Assembly: GCA_025356085.1 (NCBI GenBank)
Contig: JANXUV010000218.1
Location: 1-63,556, forward strand
Length of the DNA stretch: 63,556 nt
Reading direction: 5' to 3'
Origin: Betaproteobacteria bacterium
GTDB taxonomy: Bacteria; Pseudomonadota; Gammaproteobacteria; Burkholderiales; SG8-39
Positions 17,530-27,665 of this stretch are shown one piece after another. Numbering within the stretch: the first letter of the stretch is position 1; each line of letters starts with the position of its first letter. Position numbers and translations under genes: made by a program. The notes under the pieces were generated by a model. That model was given only the letters and a program-made list of their open reading frames with translations. It was not told the DNA's origin and did no database searches.

Positions 17530-19065
17530 TCAGTTCACGCGGCGCGTTCTGCCCGTCCAGTAAGGCTCCCGCAACACCCTCTTGAGGATTTTTCCGGTTG
17601 GGTTGCGTGGAATCGTTTCCACGAAATCCACCGACTTCGGGCATTTGAAGTGCGCGATGCGGCTTCTCATGAAGTCGATGATCTCGCCTTCGGTCGCCCG
17701 GATTCCAGTTTTCAGCACCACGCAGGCCTTCACCGCCTCGCCCCACTGGTCATCCGGAACACCGATCACCGCGCCGTCGGCCACCGCCGGGTGCTGCATC
17801 AGCGCGTTTTCAACCTCGGCCGGGTAGATGTTCTCGCCGCCGGAGACGATCATGTCCTTGATGCGATCGTGCAGGTACAGGTAGCCGTCACGCAGGTACC
17901 CGGCATCGCCGGAACGGAACCAGCCCAGGCCATCCGGCTGCCGGTCGACGAAGGCGTTTGCGGTGGCCTTCGGATTCGCCCAGTAGCCCCGCATGTTCTG
18001 CCGGCATCGGATCCAGACCTCGCCGACCTCGCCCTCGGGGCAGTCCTTACCCGCGCCGTCGGCTACGCGCAGCTCGACGCCGTCGATCGGCTTGCCCGCC
18101 GAGCGCAGCAAATGCTGCTTCGGGCCGGCCGGATCGTGGTCCTCCGGCGGCAGGCAGGTGATGGCGCCGGTGGTCTCGGTCAGTCCGTACACCTGCATGA
18201 ACTTGCACTTGAAGGTGCGCATGGCGTCCAGCAGCACCTTCTCGGTGATCGGCGAGGCGCCGTAGGAGATGCCTTTCAGCGAGGAATAGTCCGCCTTCCC
18301 TGCGCCGGGCGCCTGCAGCATGAACTGGATCATCGCCGGCACCAGAAAGGAATGCGTGATGCGGTGTTCGGCGATGGCGGCGACCACTTTCGCCGGGTCG
18401 AAATCCGGGTAGAGCACGCTCATGCCGCCCTTGGAGGCGGTGAGCAGCGCGACCCCCACGCCGGCGATGTGATAGGTCGGCAGCGCGTTCAGCATCACGT
18501 CGGGCGCGCCGTGGTAGCCAATTGCCTTCGATACCGACTCGACCATGCTCACCATCAGGTTGCGATGCGTCAATTCCACGCCCTTCGGCAGCCCCGTGGT
18601 GCCCGAGGAATAGAGTTGCAGCGCCGTATCGTCCAGGTCCGGCTGGAAGCCCGGATCCTTGGCCTCGAACTGCGAGTACCAGAATGAAAACTGCTCCGTG
18701 ATGAAAGTCCGGATCTTTCCGTACGGGAAGGCGGCGTCCGCCATCATCAGCTTTGCTTTCCCGTTTTCCACGATGTAGTCGATTTCCGGCGGCGCGAGGC
18801 GCCAGTTCACCGGCATGCAGACTGCGCCGATCTTGTTGGCGGCCAGCACCAGCGCCACGCAGTCGGCGGAGAGCTTGGTCAGGCAGGCGACGCGGTCGTC
18901 CGCGCCGATGCCCAGGCTTTTCAGCCCCTGGGCGATCCGGTTGGAGGCTTCGTCAAGCTGGGCGAAGGTCCAGGTGCGAGCCGGCGCCCAGTAAACGAGC
19001 TCGCCGCCGCGCTCCCGCGCATGGCGGCGGATGGCATCGAGGACGATTTCACCCATCTCAGGCAA
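17530..19065 (-). CDS. Long-chain fatty acid--CoA ligase (AMP-binding)
   Basis: YSSGTTGLPKG, YGLTET, WFRSGDAG, DRIKDMIVSGGENIYPAEVE, GKILKR. Confidence 0.92.
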   Translation of the reverse strand: MPEMGEIVLDAIRRHARERGGELVYWAPARTWTFAQLDEASNRIAQGLKSLGIGADDRVACLTKLSADCVALVLAANKIGAVCMPVNWRLAPPEIDYIVENGKAKLMMADAAFPYGKIRTFITEQFSFWYSQFEAKDPGFQPDLDDTALQLYSSGTTGLPKGVELTHRNLMVSMVESVSKAIGYHGAPDVMLNALPTYHIAGVGVALLTASKGGMSVLYPDFDPAKVVAAIAEHRITHSFLVPAMIQFMLQAPGAGKADYSSLKGISYGASPITEKVLLDAMRTFKCKFMQVYGLTETTGAITCLPPEDHDPAGPKQHLLRSAGKPIDGVELRVADGAGKDCPEGEVGEVWIRCRQNMRGYWANPKATANAFVDRQPDGLGWFRSGDAGYLRDGYLYLHDRIKDMIVSGGENIYPAEVENALMQHPAVADGAVIGVPDDQWGEAVKACVVLKTGIRATEGEIIDFMRSRIAHFKCPKSVDFVETIPRNPTGKILKRVLREPYWTGRTRRVN

Positions 19066-20734
19066 TCCATTCGCTCACGGGCGCCCTCGCATCCTGCAGC
19101 GGCTGCGCGATCACGTCCACCAGCGCCGGACCGCCGTGCTCGGCGGCGGCAACCAGCGCAGGTTTGAGATCTTCCGGTTTTTCGACTCTAAAAGCTTTTA
19201 CTCCAAACGCTTCCGCGACCCGGGCATGGTCGGTGCGCGTGAAGTCCACAGAGTAGTAGCGTTCGCCGAAGCCGGTCTTCTGGCCGGCCTTGATCCATCC
19301 GTAGCTGCTGTTGGAGATCACCACCATCATCAGCGGCACCTTCAGCCGCACGATAGTCTCCAGCTCCCCTGCGGTGAAGCCGAAGCTGCCGTCGCCCATC
19401 ACCGAGACCGTTTTGGTGCCCGGCCGGCCGAAATGCGCGCCGACGCCCGCCGCCATCGAGTAGCCGAGCGCGCCATGCGCCCGGTTGGAGATGAAATGCC
19501 GGCCGGCCTCGAGGAACTCGTAGTAGGCCGAAAAGTACGGGCAAGGCGTGCCCGGGTCGCACACCACCGTCGCATCGCGCGGCAGGATCTCGTGCAGCGC
19601 GGCGACGATCCGCTCCGGAAGGATCGGGACGTCGTTTTTGGCCGCCAGTTCGTTGAATGCCGAAAACTTCTTCTCTTTGGCGGCTTTGACGAGCTGCGCG
19701 CCGCCCTTTTTTTCCACAAGTTTTATTTCGGATAGAAGTTCGGCAAGCGCAAGCTTCGCATCGGCAACCAGGACAATTTCAGTCTTGTAATTCGCACCCG
19801 GCACCATCGGGTCGGCGTCGATATGGATCACCGGCGTACCTTGTGCGGGAGTGCGCCAGCGCTCGGTGGTCACCGAGCCGGCGCGGCAGCCGACGAATAC
19901 CACCAAATCCGCCTGCGCCAACGCTTCGCGCGTCGGCAGGGTGCCGCCGTTCGAGCCGACCACGCCGAGGCAGAGCGGGTGGTCCTCGGCCAGGCTGCCT
20001 TGTCCGCTGACGGTGGTGGCGACCGGCGCACCCAGCAGCTCCGCCAGTGCGGCGAGCTCCTTTTCCGCGCCGGCGATGACCACGCCGCCGCCGCAGACGA
20101 ACATCGGCATCCGCGCCCCGGCCAGCGCAGCCGCCGCGCGTTTAATAATGTTTTTTTCAGGTGAAGTTCTATAAGAAGGATAGCGGCCCAGTTCCGCATC
20201 CGCCCAGACGTCCTTTTCCGGCAGTTGGCCGTTCTGCACGTCGAAGGGCAGGCCGAGGTGCGCGGCGCCGGGCCGGCCGGCGGTCATGGCGCGGAATGCA
20301 CGCCGCACCGCTTCGGGCAGCCTGTCGGCGCGGTCAATGACCTCGGTGCGCCTGGTGAGCGGCCGGTAGAGCGCTTCCTGGTCCAGTTCTGTGAGCGCAT
20401 AGCGGCCGCGCGAGGTAGTGGCGATGTCGGTGGTAATGCCGAGCACCGGGATCGAGCTTTCGTTGGCTTCGACGATGCCGGGCAGCAGGTAGGTCGCGCC
20501 GCCGCCCGAAGGGCCCTCGCAGACGCCGACGCGCCCGCTCACGCGCGCGTAGCCGTCGGCCATGTAGGCGGCCGAACGCTCGTCCCGGGTCAGGATGTGC
20601 CGCATGCCATGTTCCAGGCGGTAGAGCGCATCGTAGAACGGCAGGCTGGTGTCGCCGCACAGGCCGAAGATGTGCTTCACGCCGTGCAGCTGCAGCATGC
20701 GCACCATCGCCTCGGCGCCGGTGATCTGGCTCAT
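19058..20734 (-). CDS. Thiamine diphosphate-dependent enzyme (acetolactate synthase large subunit-like)
   Basis: RDERSAAYMADGYAR, MGDGSFGF...VISNSSYGW ThDP motif; no ilvH small subunit adjacent. Confidence 0.88.
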   Translation of the reverse strand: MSQITGAEAMVRMLQLHGVKHIFGLCGDTSLPFYDALYRLEHGMRHILTRDERSAAYMADGYARVSGRVGVCEGPSGGGATYLLPGIVEANESSIPVLGITTDIATTSRGRYALTELDQEALYRPLTRRTEVIDRADRLPEAVRRAFRAMTAGRPGAAHLGLPFDVQNGQLPEKDVWADAELGRYPSYRTSPEKNIIKRAAAALAGARMPMFVCGGGVVIAGAEKELAALAELLGAPVATTVSGQGSLAEDHPLCLGVVGSNGGTLPTREALAQADLVVFVGCRAGSVTTERWRTPAQGTPVIHIDADPMVPGANYKTEIVLVADAKLALAELLSEIKLVEKKGGAQLVKAAKEKKFSAFNELAAKNDVPILPERIVAALHEILPRDATVVCDPGTPCPYFSAYYEFLEAGRHFISNRAHGALGYSMAAGVGAHFGRPGTKTVSVMGDGSFGFTAGELETIVRLKVPLMMVVISNSSYGWIKAGQKTGFGERYYSVDFTRTDHARVAEAFGVKAFRVEKPEDLKPALVAAAEHGGPALVDVIAQPLQDARAPVSEWIA

Positions 20735-20747
20735 GGACTGCCTCTCC

Positions 20748-22010
20748 TCATTCGTCGGGACGCGGAACGATACCCAGCCTTTGATACACCGGCCGGATCG
20801 CGTCGCGGATTTTCGCAAGATTCATCCAGTATGTGAATGCGGCCAGCAGCGTGAACGTCCCGCCGAGGGCAAGGGTGGTTGGCGGGCCAATGCGCTCAGC
20901 CAGCATGCCGGCGAACAGGGCGCCCAGAGGGGCGACGCCGAGGAAGGACATCATGTAAATGGAGACCACGCGCGCGCGCATGCGGTCCTCGACGATGGTC
21001 TGCAGCACGGTGTTAGTCGAGGCGGCGGACAGCATCGCGCCCATGCCGGCCAGAAACAGCATCGGCAACGCGAGCCACAGCGTGGTTGCGCAGGAGAACA
21101 CGATCAGCGCCGCGCCCGCCATGCCCCCGGTGAACGGAATCAGGGTCAACAGGCCGCGCACCGAGGGCTTCATCGCCAGGTACACCATGCCGGAGACGGC
21201 GCCAAAGCCGCCCGCGCCGATGAGGTAGCCGAGCGTCTCCGAGCCGCCGTGGAACACGTCGCGCGCGAAGTAGGGCGCCAGCGACTGGTAGGGCTGCACC
21301 CCGAAGCTCACCGCAGAGAGCAGCAGCAGCGCACTGCGCGTGGGGAGGAAGCCATAGGCGTAGCGAAAGCCGGCGGCGAGTTGCTCGCGCCAGTGCGCGT
21401 CGGTCTTTTCCACCGGCCGCGGCGTGGCGCGGATCATCAGCAGCGCCGCGATCACCGCGCAGCGCATGATGCTGTTCAGGCCGAAGCCCCAGACTTCCCC
21501 GAAGCCGGCGATCACCGCGCCGCCGATCATCGGGCCGATGAAGCGCGCGCCGTTCATCAGCATCGAGCTGAAGGCGACGGCGTTGGGCAGGTCCTCCTTG
21601 CCGCCGACCAGTTCGACCAGCTGCGACTGGCGCGCGGGCGAGTCGAAGGCGTTGACGAGGCCGAGCACGAAGTTGGCGGCGATCAGGTGCCAGACCTGCA
21701 CGTGCCCCGAGGCAAGCAGCGCCAGCATCACCAGCGCCTGCGCGAAGGCGATGTTCTGCGTGACCAGCAGCACCTGGCGCTTCCTGCGCCGGTCCACCCA
21801 GACACCGGCGAAGGGCCCGATCACCAGCAGCGGGATGTGCAGCATGAACGTGGCCAACCCCAGCAGGAAGGCGGAGCCCGACAAGTGATAGATCAGCCAG
21901 CTGGTGGCGATCATCTGCAGCCAGGTGCCGGTCTGCGACACGCCCTGGCCGACGAAGTAAAGCCGGTAGTCGCGGTGGCGAAACGCCCGCAGGCTATGGG
22001 GCAGGGGCAC
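20748..22010 (-). CDS. MFS transporter
   Basis: RAFRHRDYRLY..GQ.VS..GTW, FDSPARQS, about 12 hydrophobic segments. Confidence 0.88.
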   Translation of the reverse strand: MPLPHSLRAFRHRDYRLYFVGQGVSQTGTWLQMIATSWLIYHLSGSAFLLGLATFMLHIPLLVIGPFAGVWVDRRRKRQVLLVTQNIAFAQALVMLALLASGHVQVWHLIAANFVLGLVNAFDSPARQSQLVELVGGKEDLPNAVAFSSMLMNGARFIGPMIGGAVIAGFGEVWGFGLNSIMRCAVIAALLMIRATPRPVEKTDAHWREQLAAGFRYAYGFLPTRSALLLLSAVSFGVQPYQSLAPYFARDVFHGGSETLGYLIGAGGFGAVSGMVYLAMKPSVRGLLTLIPFTGGMAGAALIVFSCATTLWLALPMLFLAGMGAMLSAASTNTVLQTIVEDRMRARVVSIYMMSFLGVAPLGALFAGMLAERIGPPTTLALGGTFTLLAAFTYWMNLAKIRDAIRPVYQRLGIVPRPDE

Positions 22011-22047
22011 GGCGTCGGTGGTTACAATGCACGAGGAGGATTATGGG

Positions 22048-22938
22048 GTGAAACATGAGGTGAAAGTCCGGCCGACCGGCGAAACTCTGGGTGCGACCAT
22101 CGAGGGCCTGGATCTTTCGAAGCCCTTGCCTGCGAACGTTCTGGCGGAGGTCATGCAGGCGCTCGGGAAGTACGGCGTACTGCGTTTTCCCGAACAACAT
22201 CTGCAAGGAAAAGATTTAAAGCAATTCAGCTTGCAGCTAGGCGACCTGGAGATCAACGTCGCCGGCGGCTTCCAGGAGCCCGGCCATCCGGAGGTGATGA
22301 TTCTTTCCAACATGGTCGAGAACGGCAAGCCGGTCGGCCTGTCGGACGCCGGGCAGGACTGGCATACCGACATGTCCTACAGCCGGCAGATTGCCTTCGC
22401 CAATGTGCTCTACGGCATCAAGATCCCGCGCCGCGACGGGAGGGCGCTCGGCAACACCGAATTCTGCAACATGCACGCCGCCTACGACGGCCTGCCCGGG
22501 GAGATGAAGAAAAAACTCGACGGCATGACGGTGCTGCACGACTTCAACAAGTTCTGGGAGCTGATGCGCGGCCGGGAAGGCAGCGGGCGCGCGCCGCTCA
22601 GCGATGCGCAGAGAAAGGCGAAGCCGCCGGTGTCGCACCCGATCTTCCTCACCCACCCGATCACCGCGCGCAAGGTCCTGTACGCGAATCCGGGATATTC
22701 GATAAGAATAAATGAATTGAGTGAAAAGGAAAGCGAAGAGACCCTGGCATTCCTCTTCGCCCACCAGACGCAGCAGAAATACCGCTACGCCAATCGGTGG
22801 GAAGAACGCGACGTGCTGGTGTGGGAGGATTTCGGCACCATCCACAACGCCATTCCCGACTACCTGCCGCACGAACACAGGCTGATCAAGCGCTGCCAGG
22901 TGATGGCGACGCGCTTCTTCAACAGCGGAGAACCATGA
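22048..22938 (+). CDS. TauD/TfdA family Fe(II)/2-oxoglutarate dioxygenase
   Basis: WHTDMSY (HxD), distal TIHNA; GAGGAGG RBS before GTG at 22048. Confidence 0.88.
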   Translation: MKHEVKVRPTGETLGATIEGLDLSKPLPANVLAEVMQALGKYGVLRFPEQHLQGKDLKQFSLQLGDLEINVAGGFQEPGHPEVMILSNMVENGKPVGLSDAGQDWHTDMSYSRQIAFANVLYGIKIPRRDGRALGNTEFCNMHAAYDGLPGEMKKKLDGMTVLHDFNKFWELMRGREGSGRAPLSDAQRKAKPPVSHPIFLTHPITARKVLYANPGYSIRINELSEKESEETLAFLFAHQTQQKYRYANRWEERDVLVWEDFGTIHNAIPDYLPHEHRLIKRCQVMATRFFNSGEP

Positions 22939-23894
22939 TGCGACGACTGATTGCTTTTGCCTTGTTTTTCTCTGCGGCCGTCCATGCGCAAACCTACCCG
23001 TCGAAACCCGTCAAATTCGTCGTCGGGTTCGGCGCCGGCGGCCCCACCGACGTCATCGCGCGTTTCGTGGCGCAGGACCTCACGCAGGCCATGGGGCAGA
23101 GCTTCCTGGTCGAGAACAAGCCCGGCGCCAACGCCATCATCGCCACCGAATTCGTCGCCAAATCCGCGCCCGACGGCTACACGCTGCTGTTTTCTTCGCT
23201 GTCGCTGCTGGTCAATCCCCTGTTGCCCGGCACCAAGGCCAATTACGATCCTTTCAAGGACTTCGCGCCGGTCAGCAATGCCGCCAACCTGCCAATGGTG
23301 GTGGTCACCGCCGCCAGCAGCCCGATCAATTCCATGAAGGACCTGGTCGCCCAGGCGAAAGCGAAGCCGGGAGAGCTCAGCTATGCGACCTCCGGCATCG
23401 GCGGCTCGACCCACCTTGCCGGCGCGATGCTGGAAGTCATGACCGGGATAAAAATGATCAACGTGCCGTTCAAGGGCAACGGCCCTGCGCTCGTTGAGGT
23501 GCTGGCCGGGCGCGTGAGCTTCATGTTCTACCCGGTGGTCGGCATCGCCGACCAGATCACGGCGAAGAAGCTGAAGGCGCTGGCGGTCGGCACCGTGGCG
23601 CCGCATCCGGATTTCCCGGGCATTCCGATCATGAAAGACGTCGGCTATCCGGAGCTGGTGCAGACCGCGCCCTGGGTCGGTCTGCTGGCGCCGGCCGGCA
23701 CGTCGCCGGCGATCGTCAGCCGGCTGTCCGAGGAAATGCGCAAGTCGCTGGCGAAGCCCGAGATGCGCGAGCGCATGAAGTCGCAGGGCGCCATCATCAT
23801 CGGTGATACGCCGGCGGAATTCGCGGCCTTCCTGAAGAAGGACAGCGAGCGCTGGGCGCAGGTGATCAAGGCCTCGGGCGTAAAGGCGGAATGA
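22935..23894 (+). CDS. Tripartite tricarboxylate transporter substrate-binding protein (Bug/TctC)
   Basis: Signal peptide, YPSKPVKFVVGFGAGGPTD, APDGYTL, VPFKG. Confidence 0.92.
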   Translation: MMRRLIAFALFFSAAVHAQTYPSKPVKFVVGFGAGGPTDVIARFVAQDLTQAMGQSFLVENKPGANAIIATEFVAKSAPDGYTLLFSSLSLLVNPLLPGTKANYDPFKDFAPVSNAANLPMVVVTAASSPINSMKDLVAQAKAKPGELSYATSGIGGSTHLAGAMLEVMTGIKMINVPFKGNGPALVEVLAGRVSFMFYPVVGIADQITAKKLKALAVGTVAPHPDFPGIPIMKDVGYPELVQTAPWVGLLAPAGTSPAIVSRLSEEMRKSLAKPEMRERMKSQGAIIIGDTPAEFAAFLKKDSERWAQVIKASGVKAE

Positions 23895-24547
23895 AGCGGG
23901 CGGTCGACAGGCGGGTGCTGGATGCCGTCCGCAACTTCTACGCCGCGGGGTTGAACTTCCGCGCCCACATCGACTGGGCCAACCGGCATCACGGCGGCAG
24001 CTACAAAGTGCCAACGCAGGCCGACATCGGCTACCGTTCGCCCAACGCATTGATCCTGAGCGGCGAAGACATCGTGATCCCAAAGGATGCACCCGGGCCG
24101 GTTGAGTTCGAGGGGGAATTGGTCGCCGTGATTGGGAAAAAAGTGAAAGATGCAGATGAAAAAACTGTACTCAGTTGCGTCGCCGGCTACACGCTCGGCA
24201 ACGATGTCAGCGAGCGCAGCTGGCAGAAGAGCGACCGCACGCTCTGGCGCGCCAAGAACAGCGACACCTTCAAGCCGATGGGGCCGGCGATCGTTGGCGG
24301 CATCGATCCGATGGCGCAGACTATCGAGGTGCGGATCAACGGCAAGCTGGCTTCCAGCTACAGCACGGCCGGCATGATTTTCAGCGTCGCGCAGTACCTT
24401 TCGAGGATGTCCCGCTACCTCACGCTGCATCCCGGCGACGTGGTCTGGTTCGGCTGCGACGGCCCGACGCTGCCGGCGCTGAGGCCGGGCGATCTCGTCG
24501 AGGTCGCCAACGAGCACATAGGCGTCCTCGCCAACCGCGTCACATGA
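23891..24547 (+). CDS. Fumarylacetoacetate hydrolase family protein (short N-terminus)
   Basis: EFEGELVAVIG, GYTLGNDVSER, AKNSDTFKPMGP, LHPGDVV. Confidence 0.82.
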   Translation: MKRAVDRRVLDAVRNFYAAGLNFRAHIDWANRHHGGSYKVPTQADIGYRSPNALILSGEDIVIPKDAPGPVEFEGELVAVIGKKVKDADEKTVLSCVAGYTLGNDVSERSWQKSDRTLWRAKNSDTFKPMGPAIVGGIDPMAQTIEVRINGKLASSYSTAGMIFSVAQYLSRMSRYLTLHPGDVVWFGCDGPTLPALRPGDLVEVANEHIGVLANRVT

Positions 24548-25677
24548 AAGCCTTCAACATCGAGGAATTGCGCCTCGCGGCGAAACGGCGCCTACCGCGC
24601 GCGGTGTTCGACTTCATCGATGGCGGCGCGGAGGATGAGCGCACGTTGAGGGGTAACCGCGCAGCGTTTGAGAGAGTTCTTTTTTTGCGGAAAGTGCTGG
24701 TGGATGTTTCCCAGGTCACTGCCGAAACTTCGATACTGGGAAAAAAAGCAGGACTTCCCATAGCCATCGCCCCCACGGGCGCGGTCGGCTTCGGCTGGCG
24801 CGGCGGTGACGTGGCGGTGGCGAAGGCAGCGGCGGCTTTTGGCATCCCATTCACGCTCTCGACCTCGGCGACTGCCAGCATCGAGCGCATTGCGAGCGAG
24901 GCGCCCGGACGCCACTGGTTCCAGGCCTATTTCTTCAAGGACCGCGAATACTGCATGGGCCTGATCGAGCGCGCGTGCAAGGCGGGCTACGACACGCTGA
25001 TGGTGACCGCGGACCTGCCGGTGGGCGGCAAGCGCGAGCGCGATTTCCGCAACGACTTCTCCATCCCGTTCCGCTTCACACCCAGGAACATGCTCGATTT
25101 CGCCACGCGCCCGGCCTGGGCGCTGGACATGCTGCTGCGCGGCGTGCCGCAGCTCGAGAACCTCGGCGGCATGCTGGATCATCACGCAAGCACGCAAAAC
25201 CTCGTGTCTTCCGTCGGCCGCAACCAGGACGCGGCCCTCGACTGGGAAGTCATAAAGCGCGTGCGCGGCGCCTGGCCGGGCAAGCTGCTCATCAAGGGCG
25301 TGGTGCATCCAGAGGACGCCGAACGCGCGCTGTCGGTGGGCTGTGACGGCGTAATCGTCTCCAACCATGGCGGACGGCAGCTCGATGGCGAAATCGCTTC
25401 GTTCGACGCGCTGCCTGGTGTGGTGCGCGCCATCGGCGGCAAGGCGAGCGTATTGATGGACGGCGGCATCCGGCGCGGCTCGGATATCGTCAAAGCGCTC
25501 GCCCAAGGCGCCGAAGCGGTGATGATAGGACGCGCTACTTTCTACGGCGTCTGCGCCGGCGGCGAGCCGGGGGCGCGGCGCGCGCTGGAAATCCTCAGCG
25601 ACGAACTGGTGCGCACCATGCAGCTTTGCGGTACGCGCAATATCGGCGAGATCGGGCCGGAGCTGCTGGCGAAATGA
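24544..25677 (+). CDS. FMN-dependent alpha-hydroxy acid dehydrogenase (mandelate/L-lactate dehydrogenase family)
   Basis: RRLPRAVFDFIDGGAEDE, SNHGGRQLD, DGGIRRGSD. Confidence 0.92.
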   Translation: MKAFNIEELRLAAKRRLPRAVFDFIDGGAEDERTLRGNRAAFERVLFLRKVLVDVSQVTAETSILGKKAGLPIAIAPTGAVGFGWRGGDVAVAKAAAAFGIPFTLSTSATASIERIASEAPGRHWFQAYFFKDREYCMGLIERACKAGYDTLMVTADLPVGGKRERDFRNDFSIPFRFTPRNMLDFATRPAWALDMLLRGVPQLENLGGMLDHHASTQNLVSSVGRNQDAALDWEVIKRVRGAWPGKLLIKGVVHPEDAERALSVGCDGVIVSNHGGRQLDGEIASFDALPGVVRAIGGKASVLMDGGIRRGSDIVKALAQGAEAVMIGRATFYGVCAGGEPGARRALEILSDELVRTMQLCGTRNIGEIGPELLAK

Positions 25678-25936
25678 CGTACGAAACGGAGCACGAGGCA
25701 AAGCCGGAAACGAAGTACTGGTGGAAGAACTGGCGGGTGATGGTGCTGCTCTGGGTGGCCATGATCGGCCTGACCTGGCTGGCGGTCGACCAGAATGTCA
25801 ACACCGGCGTCATCGCCGGCAGCGTGGTGGTTGTGGGCCTGATCACCAATGCGTTTGCCTGGCTGCTCGGCATCATCGCGCTGGTGCCGCTGATCGGGCC
25901 GCTGATCGTCAAGATCCTGTCGATCAGCTTCATCTC
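25674..25936 (+). pseudogene. Small membrane protein gene, apparently truncated near 25935
   Basis: Hydrophobic helices through GPLIVKILSISFI, then an abrupt non-hydrophobic read-through overlapping the next gene. Confidence 0.45.
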
Positions 25937-26007
25937 CCGCAACGAAGCGCCGGCGGCCGGCGCAATGACGTTCATGCCCGCGATTTCCTTTCTATGGGAG
26001 GCGCCTG

Positions 26008-26679
26008 ATGCTCGGCAAGGCGGCGGTCACGATCTGGTGCGATGTCGCGAACGCCGTCAAGGAAGAGTTCGATGACTGGCACGCGCACGAGCACATGCCG
26101 GAAAGGCTGGCCATCCCTGGATTTCTGCGCGGATCGCGGTGGGTTTCCGTGGATGGAAACAACGCCTATTTCGTGCTTTACGAAACGGTGGCGCTCGATA
26201 CGGTCACGTCTGTCCCGTATCTAGAGCGCCTCGACAATCCGACGCCCTGGTCGCGAAAAATCATGCCGCACCACCGCAACATGGTGCGCAGCCTGTGCCG
26301 CGTTGAATCGAGTTTCGGCGCCGCGGTTGCTCAGGTCATGCTGACCGTCAGGTTCTCGCCGCAGGCTGGGGCGCGGGAGCGGCTGAAGAAATGGCTCCTC
26401 GAATTTCTTCCGTCGCTACCGTCCCGCAAGGGTCTGGTCGCCGCGCACCTGCTGATCGATGCGGCCCGAACACAATTGACCGCGGAGCAGAAGATTCGCG
26501 GCGGCGATGCGACTGCCGACTGGGTTGTGCTGGTGAATGGCTACGATACCGATGCGGTTGCGGGAATGGCCGTGAACGAGCTAGCTCAGGAAAATCTGGC
26601 GGCGCACGGAGCCGCGCCCGGTGCGATCCCCCGTGTCTACGGGTTGGCGTATCAGCTATATTCTTCCCGGGAGCAATGA
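26008..26679 (+). CDS. Hypothetical protein (dimeric alpha-beta barrel / DUF4286-like)
   Basis: FDDWHAHEHMPERLAIPGFLRGSRW, YLERLDNPTPWS; GGGAGG RBS. Confidence 0.7.
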   Translation: MLGKAAVTIWCDVANAVKEEFDDWHAHEHMPERLAIPGFLRGSRWVSVDGNNAYFVLYETVALDTVTSVPYLERLDNPTPWSRKIMPHHRNMVRSLCRVESSFGAAVAQVMLTVRFSPQAGARERLKKWLLEFLPSLPSRKGLVAAHLLIDAARTQLTAEQKIRGGDATADWVVLVNGYDTDAVAGMAVNELAQENLAAHGAAPGAIPRVYGLAYQLYSSREQ

Positions 26680-27656
26680 CGATGAATCCGCGCATCCGCT
26701 GCAAGATTTTTCTCGCCGCCGCTGCGCTTTGCGTAGCCGGTGCTGCCGCCGCGCAGGCGTGGCCGAACAGGCCTTTGAAAATGATCGTGCCGTTTCCGCC
26801 CGGTGGGGCGGTGGACATCCTCGGGCGCGCGATCTCGCAGAAGCTTTCGGATGCGACCGGCCAGCCGGTGGTGGTGGATAACCGCGCGGGCGCCGGCGGG
26901 GCGGTCGGCTCCGAGGCCGCGGCCAAGTCGCCCAATGACGGCTACACGCTGCTGATGGGCTCGACCAGCACTATCTCGATCAATCCGGCCCTGGTATCCA
27001 AGCCGACCTACGATCCTCAGCACGATTTCACGCCGGTATCGCAGGTGGCGTTCATTCCGCATTTGCTTGTGCTCAGTGCGACGGTTCCCGCGAGTAACCT
27101 CAGGGAATTCATCGCCTACGCCAGGGCCAATCCGGGCAAGCTCAACTACGGATCCGCGGGCAACGGCACGCCGCACCACATCGCGGGCGAGATGTTCAAG
27201 CAACTCGCAGGCGTGGACATGGTCCACGTGCCATACAAGGGCACCGGTCCGGCGCTGAACGACATGCTCGCCGGGCAGCTGTCGTTCATGTCTGTCGAGG
27301 TCCTGGCCGCGCTGCCGCACGTGCGCGCGGGCAAGCTGCGCGCGCTGGGGATCGCGACCGCCAGCCGCTCGGAGGTCGCACCCGAGATTCCGACCGCCGC
27401 GGAAGCGGGTCTGCCGGGCTTCGAAGTAACCGCCTGGTACGGCGTGTTCGCGCCGGCCGCGTCGCCGCCCGCGGCGGTGCAGCGCGTTGCCGCCGAAATA
27501 GCGAAGGCGGTGCGCGAGGCCGATTTCCGCGAGCGCCTGGCCAACCTGGGCGCGACGCCGGTCGGCAGCAGTCCGGAAGAGTTCGCAAAGTTCCTGCGCG
27601 TGGAAAACGTTCGCTGGGCGAACGCGGTGCGCGCCTCGGGTGCAAAGCTGGACTAG
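26676..27656 (+). CDS. Tripartite tricarboxylate transporter substrate-binding protein (Bug/TctC)
   Basis: AQAWPNRPLKMIVPFPPGGAVD, DGYTLL, HVPYKG. Confidence 0.92.
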   Translation: MTMNPRIRCKIFLAAAALCVAGAAAAQAWPNRPLKMIVPFPPGGAVDILGRAISQKLSDATGQPVVVDNRAGAGGAVGSEAAAKSPNDGYTLLMGSTSTISINPALVSKPTYDPQHDFTPVSQVAFIPHLLVLSATVPASNLREFIAYARANPGKLNYGSAGNGTPHHIAGEMFKQLAGVDMVHVPYKGTGPALNDMLAGQLSFMSVEVLAALPHVRAGKLRALGIATASRSEVAPEIPTAAEAGLPGFEVTAWYGVFAPAASPPAAVQRVAAEIAKAVREADFRERLANLGATPVGSSPEEFAKFLRVENVRWANAVRASGAKLD

Positions 27657-27665
27657 ACTCGCTCC

